From Candidatus Sericytochromatia bacterium (GTDB lineage: Bacteria; Cyanobacteriota; Sericytochromatia; S15B-MN24; JAQBPE01): DNA of 64,000 bases. Below, in pieces: positions 8,821 to 17,686 of the stretch. A program made the position numbers and the translations under genes. The notes below the pieces were generated by a model, which was given only the letters and a program-made list of their open reading frames with translations, made no database searches and had not been told where the DNA came from. The stretch is taken from positions 23,653 through 87,652 of the forward strand of contig JAYKHR010000011.1 in the NCBI GenBank assembly GCA_035285125.1, read 5' to 3'. Within the stretch, counting starts at the first letter, position 1. Each line of letters begins with the position of its first letter.

Positions 8821-9954
8821 ATGAGCGACACCAACGGCCCGGATCACGGGCAAGCGGGCGGACCCAACGGCGACAGCCGGCGGCGTCGGCGTCCCCGGCG
8901 TCAGCGCGGCAAGGGGGAGCCCAGTCTGGAGACGGTGCTGAACGACGCGGCCGCCGGCGCGCCGCGGCCCGGCACGTCGCTTCGGGACGAAGCGGCCCGC
9001 AGGGGCCGCAACAACCGCCGCAAGAAGGGTCGCCAGGGCGCAGGGCCAGGCGGTGGCGCGCCCGCCCCCGAGGCCCGAGCCCGGCGCGTGCGCCCGGTGG
9101 GGCGCGAGCTCGAGGACCTGTCCGCCCAGCGGCCCGAGCCCGCTTACCAGCGCGGTGCCGAGAACTGGTGGGCCGACCGCTGGCTCTCGATGCTGTACCG
9201 CTTCGGCTGGAAGGGCCGCCTGGCCAACGGCCGGATGTACGCGGACACGGGCCGGGTGTCGGAGTTCCGGGTGGAGACGGGGCGGGTGCGCGCGGCCGTG
9301 CAGGGCTCGCGCACCCAGCCCTACGAGGTCACGGTCCAGATCCAGCCCCTGCCCGACGCCGACTGGGACCTCGTGGTCGACATCCTCAGCTGCCAGGCAC
9401 TCTTCACGGCCCAGCTGCTCGCAGGCGAGATGCCGCGCGACATCGAGGAGGTCTTCGAGGCCGCCTACGCGCCCCTGTTCCCGAGGCGCAAGGACGACAT
9501 CAAGGCCCACTGCACCTGCCCCGACTGGGCGAACCCCTGCAAGCACATCGCGGCCGTCTACTTCGTGCTCGCGGACACCTTCGACAAGGATCCGTTCTTG
9601 CTCTTCCACCTGCGCGGCCGCGACCGCGACGCGCTGATCGGCATGCTGCGTGCCGCGCGGGCGGCCGAGGCCCAGGCGGGCCCCATGGCCGTCGAGACCC
9701 TGGATGCGGGCTCGCTGGAGCCCTTCCGCTTCTGGCAGGCCGGTGAGGAGCTCGAGAACGTCCACGTCCAGATCGCAGCGCCCCCGTTTCCCGGCGCCAC
9801 CGCGAAGCGCCTGGGCCGTCCCCCGTTCTGGCGCTCGCCCGCCGACGCCATCACGCGGCTGGCCGAGGTCTACGAGGCGATCGCCCACCGCGCCCGCGAG
9901 GTCGCCCTGCACGACTCGATCCTGTCCGATCGGGTGCCCACCCGCGCCACCTGA
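8821..9954 (+). CDS. SWIM zinc-finger protein
   Basis: CTCPDWANPCKH SWIM motif, WW..RW, VQGS...PYEV and DPFLLFHLRG. Arg-rich N-terminal extension. AGGAG RBS. Confidence 0.92.
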   Translation: MSDTNGPDHGQAGGPNGDSRRRRRPRRQRGKGEPSLETVLNDAAAGAPRPGTSLRDEAARRGRNNRRKKGRQGAGPGGGAPAPEARARRVRPVGRELEDLSAQRPEPAYQRGAENWWADRWLSMLYRFGWKGRLANGRMYADTGRVSEFRVETGRVRAAVQGSRTQPYEVTVQIQPLPDADWDLVVDILSCQALFTAQLLAGEMPRDIEEVFEAAYAPLFPRRKDDIKAHCTCPDWANPCKHIAAVYFVLADTFDKDPFLLFHLRGRDRDALIGMLRAARAAEAQAGPMAVETLDAGSLEPFRFWQAGEELENVHVQIAAPPFPGATAKRLGRPPFWRSPADAITRLAEVYEAIAHRAREVALHDSILSDRVPTRAT

Positions 9955-9966
9955 GCGAGGTCCCAG

Positions 9967-10239
9967 ATGTCCACCCACGCCCTGTTCGTCCCGCACCTCT
10001 TCCTCGACGACCTCGAGGCCGACGGGCTGTCGCCCGAGACGGCCAAGATGAAGGTCCACGAGCGCAAGAAGGACGTGCGCCGCATCGAAGGCGCCCTCGA
10101 GGCGCTCGGCGTGCCGTTCAAGCACGAAAAGGTGGGCACCTCGGCCACCCTGACGGCGGCCGAGGTCGAGGCCCTGCGCGCGATCCTGCCGCCCGCCCTG
10201 CCGGGGCGCTGCGACCTGGACTTGCACCCGATCGCCTGA
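9967..10239 (+). CDS. small hypothetical protein (90 aa)
   Basis: GAGG RBS, 12 bp after the SWIM gene, with strong GC3 codon bias. Confidence 0.7.
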   Translation: MSTHALFVPHLFLDDLEADGLSPETAKMKVHERKKDVRRIEGALEALGVPFKHEKVGTSATLTAAEVEALRAILPPALPGRCDLDLHPIA

Positions 10240-10302
10240 GGCGGGTGCCTCACCCGCCCTTCGGGCACCCTCTCCACGTGTGGAGAGGGGCTGCGGGTGA
10301 GG
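10240..10302. repeat. REP/RIME-like composite palindrome between convergent genes (possible terminator)
   Basis: Outer arms CCTCACCCGC / GCGGGTGAGG enclose the hairpins GCCC-TTC-GGGC and CCCTCTCCAC-GT-GTGGAGAGGG. Confidence 0.7.
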
Positions 10303-10316
10303 CGGCCGCCAGAGGC

Positions 10317-10958
10317 TCAGGGCGCGTCCGGCTCGTCCGGCTCCGCCGTCGGCGGCTCCTCGCCACCTGGCTCGGCCGGCGCCGGGGGCTCGGCCGCGGG
10401 CGGGTCGGTTGGCTCGGCGCCCTGACCCAGCGTGGCGGCGAAGGCGTCCTCGAATTCCGAGATCGTGAGCTTGCCGTCCTTGTTGCGGTCGCCGGCCTCC
10501 AGCGTGACGGGGGCCTTGGCGAGCTCGGCCTCAATCAGCACGCGGTCGCCGTTGCGATCCAGCGCCGCGAAGGCCTTGCCCACCTCGTGGCGGAACGTCG
10601 CGATGGCGGCCTGCAGCACGGCCGGGTTGGTGAACTCGCGGAAGCGGACCTTGCCGTCCTTGTTCAGGTCCAGCGAGTCGAACAGCGCCTTGGCCGCCTT
10701 GGCGGGCTCCGTCGGGGCGAGCCCGACCTGGGTCGGCATCGCCGGCATCATCTCCTGCAGCGTGAGGTAGCCGTTCTCGTCCTTGTCGGCCGACTTGAAG
10801 GCCGCCAGGTACATCGCCCGCACGCCCTTGGCGGCGCCCTGGTAGGACTGGGCGCGCACGCTGCCAGGGCGGCCCTTCAGCGCCACGGGGCCGAGCCCGA
10901 CGCCGCATCCTCCGAGCCACGAGGCGGCCAACACCGCCGCGATCAACCTGCGAGCCAC
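10317..10958 (-). CDS. EF-hand lipoprotein (4 EF-hand loops)
   Basis: Lipobox WLGGC. Loops DKDENGYLTLQE, DLNKDGKVRFRE, DRNGDRVLIEAE and DRNKDGKLTISE. GGAGG RBS. Confidence 0.88.
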   Translation of the reverse strand: MARRLIAAVLAASWLGGCGVGLGPVALKGRPGSVRAQSYQGAAKGVRAMYLAAFKSADKDENGYLTLQEMMPAMPTQVGLAPTEPAKAAKALFDSLDLNKDGKVRFREFTNPAVLQAAIATFRHEVGKAFAALDRNGDRVLIEAELAKAPVTLEAGDRNKDGKLTISEFEDAFAATLGQGAEPTDPPAAEPPAPAEPGGEEPPTAEPDEPDAP

Positions 10959-11018
10959 GCGAGCACCTCCGTGAACGAAGCCTGGGACGGCGACAGGCGC
11001 CCGGCCCGTCGTGCTGTC

Positions 11019-11093
11019 TTGTCGGGGGGAGGGGGCGCGACCTGAACCGGCAACCGCAAAGGGTCGTTTATCAAGAAATTAAAAAGAGCTTAA
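11019..11093 (-). promoter_or_regulatory. sigma28-like promoter with upstream 11-bp-periodic TTAA boxes
   Basis: Minus strand TCAGG-N14-CCCGACAA (11045-11019). TTAT/TTAA/TTAA start at 11068, 11079 and 11090. Confidence 0.45.
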
Positions 11094-11179
11094 AGTTTCC
11101 GCCCTGCCGGGCCGCTGGCCCCGGGACAAAAGGCCGAGCCGGCTGCTACCATGGCGAACTCCCCCAGCCTCGGAGGCCC

Positions 11180-13120
11180 ATGTCCCAGCTCTCGTTGCTC
11201 GCCGGGCATGCCGGCGCGAACCCGCTCCTCGTCAACCTGAACGCCGAGCAGCGCGAGGCCGTCACCCGGCTCGACGGGCCCGTCCTCGTCGTGGCCGCGC
11301 CGGGCTCGGGCAAGACGACGGTGCTGACGAACCGCATCGCCTACATGCTCGAGCGGGGCGTCGCGCCCGAGGCCGTTATGGCCGTGACCTTCACGAAGAA
11401 GGCCGCGATGGAGATGGCCGAGCGCGTGGCGAAGGCCGTCGGCAGCAAGGCGCTGGCCGAGCGCCTGACGATCGGCACCTTCCACTCCATCTGCCTGCGC
11501 CTGCTCGACGGCCGCTACGAGCTGCTCGGCTACGCCCCGGGGCGTCCGCCCGCGCTCGTCACCCCGGCCGTGCAGCGCACCATCTTCGAGTTGCTCGCCC
11601 GCGAGCACACGATGACGGACATCAAGTGGGACCAGCTCGCGATGTTCATCTCGCGGGCCAAGTGCATGCTCGTGGGCGCAGACGCCATCAAGCGCCACTC
11701 GTCCGATCCGGACGAGGTCCGCTATGCCCACCTCTACGGGGCCTACCAGCGGCGCCTCGTGCGGCAGAACCTGATGGATTTCGACGACCAGATCGGGCTC
11801 GCCGTGCGCCTGCTCGAGGAGCAACCGGCGTTCGCCCAGGAGGTTCGTGACCGCTTCACCCACCTGCTCGTGGACGAGTACCAGGACACCAACCGCGCCC
11901 AGTACGAGCTGCTGCGCCTGCTCGCCCAGCCGCGTAACAACTTGTTCGCCGTCGGCGACGACGCCCAGGGCATCTACGGCTTCCGCGCCGCGGACCTCAA
12001 CAACATCCTGAACTTCCGCAAGGACTACGCCGGCACGACCCAGCTCTTCCTCGAGACCAACTACCGCTCCACGCCGCAGATCGTCACGCTCGCGAACCAG
12101 CTGATCGCCCACAACGCGGGCCGGATCGAGAAGACCATCAAGGCGGCCCGGGCGCCCCTGGCCGACAGCGTCCACATCGCCCAGTTCGCCGACAACTTCG
12201 GCGAGGCCGACGAGGTCGCCGAGCGCATCGCCAACCTGATCAAGGGCGGCGTGATCCCCGACGAGATCGCCATCTTGCTGCGCACCCATGCCCAGGGCAT
12301 GCCGCTCCTCGACGCCCTGTCCCAGCGCGAGATCCCCTTCACGGTCAAGAAGAGCAGCAGCTTCTACGAGCAGGCGGAGGTGGCGGAGACGCTGGCTTAC
12401 TTGCGCCTCTCGCTACGGGGTCGGCACCCGCTGGCGGATCTCGCCATCGAGAAGCTGCTCACCAAGCTGGGGCTGGCGCGGGAGGCCCTCGCGATGCTCA
12501 AGGTCGAGACCGAGCGCCAGGCGACGGACCTCATCTCGGTGTGCCACCAGGTGGACGAGATCCCCCTGCCGACCCTGGCCCAAAAGGGGCTCGTGAAGCA
12601 CGTGCTTGCGATGATGCACGGCTGGCAGAAGTTCCAGGGCCCCGTCGCCGACCTCTACTACCAGATCATCTCCCAGACCCAGTACAAGACCAAGCTCGAG
12701 AAGGGCAAGGGCCAGGGGGACGCGCAGAAGCTCGACTGCCTCGCGGCCATGCACGCGCAGATCAAGCGCTGGGAGCCCAAGAGCGTGCGGGACCTGTTCC
12801 AGCGCATCGAGTCCGCCACCCAGCCCCCAAAGGGCAACAAGCGCACGGGGGCCGTCCAGATCCTGACGATCCACGCGAGCAAGGGGCTGGAGTGGGATGC
12901 CGTCTTCGTGGTGGGCGTCGAGGAGGGCACCCTGCCTTACCAGACGGCGATCGACGACGGGGACCTCGCCGAGGAGCGGCGGCTCTGCTACGTCGCCATC
13001 ACCCGGGCGCGCAAGCACCTGCACCTGAGCTACGGCCGCGAGCGGCAGCGCTTCGGCAGCGCCAAGGACGTCACCCCCTCGCGCTTCCTGAACGAGATGC
13101 AGGCGGCCGCTCCGGGTTGA
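11180..13120 (+). CDS. UvrD/PcrA/Rep-family ATP-dependent DNA helicase
   Basis: AAPGSGKT, TFTKKAA, VDEYQD, VGDDAQGIYGFR, NYRST, TIHASKGLEW and EERRLCYVAITRA. Confidence 0.95.
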   Translation: MSQLSLLAGHAGANPLLVNLNAEQREAVTRLDGPVLVVAAPGSGKTTVLTNRIAYMLERGVAPEAVMAVTFTKKAAMEMAERVAKAVGSKALAERLTIGTFHSICLRLLDGRYELLGYAPGRPPALVTPAVQRTIFELLAREHTMTDIKWDQLAMFISRAKCMLVGADAIKRHSSDPDEVRYAHLYGAYQRRLVRQNLMDFDDQIGLAVRLLEEQPAFAQEVRDRFTHLLVDEYQDTNRAQYELLRLLAQPRNNLFAVGDDAQGIYGFRAADLNNILNFRKDYAGTTQLFLETNYRSTPQIVTLANQLIAHNAGRIEKTIKAARAPLADSVHIAQFADNFGEADEVAERIANLIKGGVIPDEIAILLRTHAQGMPLLDALSQREIPFTVKKSSSFYEQAEVAETLAYLRLSLRGRHPLADLAIEKLLTKLGLAREALAMLKVETERQATDLISVCHQVDEIPLPTLAQKGLVKHVLAMMHGWQKFQGPVADLYYQIISQTQYKTKLEKGKGQGDAQKLDCLAAMHAQIKRWEPKSVRDLFQRIESATQPPKGNKRTGAVQILTIHASKGLEWDAVFVVGVEEGTLPYQTAIDDGDLAEERRLCYVAITRARKHLHLSYGRERQRFGSAKDVTPSRFLNEMQAAAPG

Positions 13121-13175
13121 ATTCCGGTTAAATTACGCCTGATTAACGCAACCGGTCGGCGGCCTGCGGCGATAC
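13114..13175 (+). promoter_or_regulatory. 11-bp direct repeat plus sigma28-like promoter
   Basis: GGTTGAATT and GGTTAAATT lie 11 bp apart. CAAC(13149)-N15-GGCGATAC(13168). Confidence 0.4.
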
Positions 13176-13207
13176 CTCCCTCAGCACCCCCGACGAGGAA
13201 ATCGCCG

Positions 13208-13936
13208 ATGTCCAGCGCCCCCATCAACCCGACCCGCCCCGTCGCCGCCACGGCTGCCCCCGCTGGCATCGGCGAGCGGGCGAAGCGCATCGCGGGCCTG
13301 GCGGGCACGCGGATGACCCGCGACCAGTTCGTCAGCGAGGTGAAGGTGGGCATGGTGTTCTCGGCGCCGATGGAGGGCGTGTTCGAGAGCCAGAAGTTCC
13401 GCAAGGGCGAGATCAAGGCCAACGAGTATGTCGGGCGGGTCCTGGCGAACACCCTCAGCACGGCGGCGTGGACGGCCGGCGGCGCCTTGGCCGGGGCGGC
13501 CCTCGCCCCCGTCGGCATGCCCCTGTTCGTGGCCGGTGCGGCTGGCTTCGCCTTCGGCATGGTCGCCAACGACCTGTGGGACCGCACCTTCGGCACCCAG
13601 ATCGTGGAGGTGTTCAAGGAGAAGGTGACGGACGCCCAGGCCCGCCCCGCCGCCGAGGCGTTCGTGACCTACGTGGCGAACCCCCTCCACGACTGGGTCT
13701 GGAAGCCCGTCTCCGGCTTCGTCGGCCAGCACAAGGTGCTCAGCGGCGTGCTGCTGACGCTGGCCGCGCTCCGCTTCCCGTTCGCTGCCAAGGCCGTCGG
13801 CAAGGAGGTCGGCAAGATGGCCGTCGGTACGGCCGCCGCCCTCGGCGTCCAGCTCGCCGTGACCGACAGGGTGCTGGCCCCCGCCGCGCATCGCCAGGAG
13901 AGCCAGGCCCCGGCGCCCGCCGCGCAAGGTCGCTGA
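13208..13936 (+). CDS. hypothetical membrane-associated protein with Gly/Ala-zipper helices
   Basis: GAGG RBS and strong codon bias. AGGALAGAAL and AGAAGFAFG segments. No Sec signal. Confidence 0.8.
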   Translation: MSSAPINPTRPVAATAAPAGIGERAKRIAGLAGTRMTRDQFVSEVKVGMVFSAPMEGVFESQKFRKGEIKANEYVGRVLANTLSTAAWTAGGALAGAALAPVGMPLFVAGAAGFAFGMVANDLWDRTFGTQIVEVFKEKVTDAQARPAAEAFVTYVANPLHDWVWKPVSGFVGQHKVLSGVLLTLAALRFPFAAKAVGKEVGKMAVGTAAALGVQLAVTDRVLAPAAHRQESQAPAPAAQGR

Positions 13937-14055
13937 GCCCCCGTCTGGCTTGGGTTCCGGTCCCTGCCGCGCATCCCCGCAGGGCCAACACCAGGCTTCG
14001 GCGCCGGGAATCCGGGTATAAGGCGGTTGCCCGTCCCCTGCCCGGAGCACGCCAC

Positions 14056-15342
14056 ATGGCCCCCTGGCGCCCTCGTTGGCCTCTCGTCGCCGTCCTGGTG
14101 GGCGCCGTTGCGGTGGGCTGCACGGGCTCGCCCGCCGCGCCCCGCCCGGGCGCGAGCACCAAGCCCGGCACGCGGGCGAGCAAGGCTGCCGGCACCCCGG
14201 GGCCGGCCACCAGCGGTGGGGCCAGCAGCACGCCTGGGAAGCCTGCCGGCACGCCCGGGCCGATCGGGCCGACCGGAACGGCCTCGCCCCGCGGCACCCC
14301 CGGCCCCTCGGCTGGCCCGGTCGGCCCGGCGGCCTCGGCGACGCCGCGGCCCACCCCGACCCCAAGGCCCACGCCCACCCTTGGCCCGGACGGCGGCCGC
14401 ACGCTGGCGGGCACGCTGGAGGTAGGCGTCGTGGACGGCCCCTGGGACCTGGCGCGGTTTCAGGGGCCCGAAGGCCTCGCGGTGGGCGCTGACGGGGTGG
14501 TGTACGTCGCCGACACCGCCGCGGGCATGCTCCGCAAGGTCGACGCGAAGGGGGAGACGGCCCCCGTGGCCGGGGGCAGCGGCGTGGGCCTCAAGGACGG
14601 CATCGCCCTCTCGGGTGGGCCGAACACCGGAGGGGCCACCTTGCAAGGGCCCATCGGGCTGGCGGTGGCCCCGGATGGCGCGGTGCTGGTTGCCGACACG
14701 GGCAACCACGCGGTGCGGCGCGTCAAGGACGGCAAGGTGACGACGCTCGCGGGCACCGGGCAGCCCGGCTGGCTGGACGGCGAGGGCAAGCAGGCACAGC
14801 TGAGCGGCCCACAGGGCCTGGCCGTGGCGGCGGACGGCACGATCTACGTGGCGGACACGGGCAACCACCGGCTGCGCGTGATCAGCCCCGCCGGGATCGT
14901 CAGCACCCTCGCCGGCGCCAGCGAGGCCGCCCTCGTCGACGGGGAGGCCAGCGGGGCTGCGTTCAGCGAGCCCGTGGCGCTGGTGCTCGAGGCCTCTGGC
15001 TCCCTGCTCGTGCTGGACCGGGGCAACAAGGCCATCCGGCGCGTGACCCTCGGCGGACTGGTCTCGACCCTGGCGGGGGGCGTCCAGACCGTGCAGGTGG
15101 ATGGGGTGGGCACGGCGGCTGGCTTTCGGTCGCCGAGCGCGTTCGCGCTGGAGCCCTCGGGCGCCTTGCTGGTGTCCGATCTGGTGCCCCCGGCCCTGCG
15201 CCGCGTGACGCCGGACGGCCAGGTCACCACGCTCAAGGCGGGGCCGGAGGCGATCGCGATCGCGGTGACGGGCAGCCGCTGCTACGTGATCCTCCTCAAC
15301 GAGCCGCGGGTCCGCGTCTACGATCTTCCGCTGAAGCCCTGA
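14056..15342 (+). CDS. NHL-repeat (beta-propeller) lipoprotein
   Basis: Lipobox VAVGC, Pro/Thr linker, and repeated P.GLAV..DG.(V/I)YVADTGNH.(V/L)R. Confidence 0.9.
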   Translation: MAPWRPRWPLVAVLVGAVAVGCTGSPAAPRPGASTKPGTRASKAAGTPGPATSGGASSTPGKPAGTPGPIGPTGTASPRGTPGPSAGPVGPAASATPRPTPTPRPTPTLGPDGGRTLAGTLEVGVVDGPWDLARFQGPEGLAVGADGVVYVADTAAGMLRKVDAKGETAPVAGGSGVGLKDGIALSGGPNTGGATLQGPIGLAVAPDGAVLVADTGNHAVRRVKDGKVTTLAGTGQPGWLDGEGKQAQLSGPQGLAVAADGTIYVADTGNHRLRVISPAGIVSTLAGASEAALVDGEASGAAFSEPVALVLEASGSLLVLDRGNKAIRRVTLGGLVSTLAGGVQTVQVDGVGTAAGFRSPSAFALEPSGALLVSDLVPPALRRVTPDGQVTTLKAGPEAIAIAVTGSRCYVILLNEPRVRVYDLPLKP

Positions 15343-15367
15343 TCGGGGCCAGATCACGCCGATCGCA

Positions 15368-15411
15368 ATAACGTAATCTTAACGAGGCTCGTGATCCGAG
15401 CTGGGTATGCT
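15368..15411 (+). promoter_or_regulatory. ATAACG/TTAACG 11-bp direct repeat and -10 box
   Basis: Repeats start at 15368 and 15379. TATGCT at 15406-15411. Confidence 0.45.
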
Positions 15412-15561
15412 GAGCTAGGCCGCTTGAGAAGCGAGCATCACGAACCTTCGGGCCCGGGGGGCCAAGCAGGTACCCATCGGGCCGGGGCCGAGTCCGCACC
15501 GTCGCCCAGCGAGGTTGCCACCTGGTTCTAGGCGCAGCCGCAGGACAGTGGAGGGTTAAAA

Positions 15562-17556
15562 ATGAGCACGACACGCAGTCAGAAGAGTTGGCTTTCTCTG
15601 ACGCTGGGCCTGGCAGTCCTCGCGGGCTGCTCGATGCCCTCCGGGACCACCCCCTCTGAGGACAGCGGCAAGGCCGCTGGCCGGGGCAACGTGAACGTCG
15701 GCCCGGGCGGCGCCCCCGCCATCGGTCCGTCCGGAACGAATGGGGATGCAGCCGCCGCGGCGGACCCCGGCAATTCCAACGGCAAGCCGCTGGTGGCGCC
15801 CACGCTGAACGAGGACGGCCTCGCGGCCGTCGACACCGCCAAGGCGATGCTGATCAAGGCCTCGCAGGGCGGCAAGTACGTCAGCGAGGATGGCACCCTG
15901 GTGGCGGAGATCCCGCCCGGGGCCCTGTCGCAGGACACCTACGTCCGCTTCGTGCGCCTCGACACCTCCAAGGAAAAGAACACCAACCAGTTCCTGGCCG
16001 GCATCCGCTTCCAGATGGATCTTGGCGATGCCCACGTCGTGCCCGGGCAGTCGCTGAAGGTGCGGGCCAAGGCCGATGATCGCCTCATCCCCGAGCTGCA
16101 GGCGATGTACGACGACTTCACGCACGACCGCTACAGCCTGGTGCTCGGCGAGAACAACCAGTGGATGGTGTCGATGCCCGTCGACGGCCCGCGCCTCGAG
16201 CGGATGGACATCTCCAAGCAGCCGGCCGACCCCTTCCTCACGGAGCGCCGCGGCGTGATGACGGAAGGCACGGCCCCGCTGCCCGCCGGCAAGGGTGGCA
16301 ACTTCAAGAAGGACGCCCGCATCGAAGCCTTCTGCAACTACTGGCCGCCGCCGCCGCCGAAGCCTGAGCGCCTGATGGCGGTCGACGTCTCGTGGGAGTC
16401 GGATGACAAGTCGATCGACGGCAAGCCCGCCTACGACTCGAACCCCACCTTCAACTCATACGTGCGGTTCGGCAACAAGAGCACGACCCAGGTGTCCAGC
16501 GTCAACGGCTACTGGTCGAAGGAGTTCGTGCCCGGCACGCCGGCCACCCCTGAAGAGTCCCACTGGGAGCAGGTCGTCAGCGCCACCATCGACGGCATGC
16601 GCACGGACCGCGGCACCCTGGTCAAGTACAACGCCACGGACTGGACCTGGACCCTGATGCAGAAGTACGACGACGAGCTCCTGTGGCCGCCGCCGGCGCC
16701 GTCGCCCACGCCCACGCCCACCGCCACCACTGGCGGCAACGGCAACGGCAACGGCAACAACAACAACGCGACGCTCTACAAGCTGGCCCAGGCGGGGTCT
16801 CTCTCGGCTCTGCAGGCTGACCTCAAGGGCAAGACCTTCGTGGCGCTGAACTCCGACAACAACATGATCGTCAAGATCATCGACGTGGCTGCCCAACCCG
16901 CGGTGGCCGACTCGTGGGTCGACAAGTGGAACCCCGGCTGGGTCGACCTGTCGACGAGCACCAACGAGACGGTGCGCACGGGTTACGCCTGGAACGGCTG
17001 GTGCCACTGCTCGTGGACGGTGGCGCGCGACAAGATCGTGCGGGACACGGCGCCACAGCCGGTGGGCTCCGACGGCAAGGCCTACAACTACGCCCGAGAG
17101 ACCTTCAACATCGGTGTGCAGGGCTACACCAACGGGCCCAACCCGACGCCTGGCAAGGCGCCTGGCGCGGGCATCGGGAACGCGCAGGCCAAGACGATCG
17201 GCTCTGGCAACAACAACATGAGCATCTTCGTCCCCCGCTACAGCCCGATGTTCGGCGTCACCTTCAGCAGCCCGGACCTGGCGATGAACGGCGAGATCGA
17301 GATCACGGCCACGGTGGACGGTGCGGAACGCAGCTACACGTTCAAGGCCAACGGCACGAACTCGCAGAGCATCGCCTGGCGCGTCCTGATGCCGGATAAC
17401 GCGGCCCACGCCTTCTCCCTGAAGGAAGTCCGCATGCGTGACCTCTCCCTCTTCGGCACGGCGCCATCGCTCGCGAAGGTGCAGAATCTCAGCATGCAGC
17501 GCAACGGCATCTACGATGGGTACGTCATCGACATGGTGCCCGCCGCGGCCAAGTAA
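15562..17556 (+). CDS. large surface lipoprotein with ZU5-like segment
   Basis: GGAGGG RBS and lipobox VLAGC. SEDGTLVAEIPPGALSQDT resembles ZU5-type domains. Rich in Asn/Thr/Trp, with PPPAPSPTPTP and GNGNGNGNNNN linkers. Confidence 0.8.
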   Translation: MSTTRSQKSWLSLTLGLAVLAGCSMPSGTTPSEDSGKAAGRGNVNVGPGGAPAIGPSGTNGDAAAAADPGNSNGKPLVAPTLNEDGLAAVDTAKAMLIKASQGGKYVSEDGTLVAEIPPGALSQDTYVRFVRLDTSKEKNTNQFLAGIRFQMDLGDAHVVPGQSLKVRAKADDRLIPELQAMYDDFTHDRYSLVLGENNQWMVSMPVDGPRLERMDISKQPADPFLTERRGVMTEGTAPLPAGKGGNFKKDARIEAFCNYWPPPPPKPERLMAVDVSWESDDKSIDGKPAYDSNPTFNSYVRFGNKSTTQVSSVNGYWSKEFVPGTPATPEESHWEQVVSATIDGMRTDRGTLVKYNATDWTWTLMQKYDDELLWPPPAPSPTPTPTATTGGNGNGNGNNNNATLYKLAQAGSLSALQADLKGKTFVALNSDNNMIVKIIDVAAQPAVADSWVDKWNPGWVDLSTSTNETVRTGYAWNGWCHCSWTVARDKIVRDTAPQPVGSDGKAYNYARETFNIGVQGYTNGPNPTPGKAPGAGIGNAQAKTIGSGNNNMSIFVPRYSPMFGVTFSSPDLAMNGEIEITATVDGAERSYTFKANGTNSQSIAWRVLMPDNAAHAFSLKEVRMRDLSLFGTAPSLAKVQNLSMQRNGIYDGYVIDMVPAAAK

Positions 17557-17572
17557 CGGCTCTCTCTCTGGC

Positions 17573-17602
17573 CTCGCCCCCGCTCCTCGGAGTGGGGGCG
17601 AG
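17573..17602 (+). terminator. strong hairpin after the surface lipoprotein gene
   Basis: CTCGCCCCCGCTCC-TC-GGAGTGGGGGCGAG, followed by only a short T run. Confidence 0.6.
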
Positions 17603-17686
17603 CCCGTTTGGGGAACCCGCGCGCCCGTTTCAGGCGATGGTACCGGGGAATATGGAAATCAGGATCCCACTTGGGGAGGAGCGCCC

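Noticed and set aside
11091..11118. TAAAGTTT as a sigma28 -35 for the helicase gene
   Set aside because: There is no CGATA-type -10 at the right distance, and a TG-C-TACCAT sigma70-type element lies closer to the gene.
15412..15561. Long leader as a riboswitch or ncRNA
   Set aside because: I could not match it to any riboswitch consensus or find a terminator. An Infernal/Rfam search would be needed.
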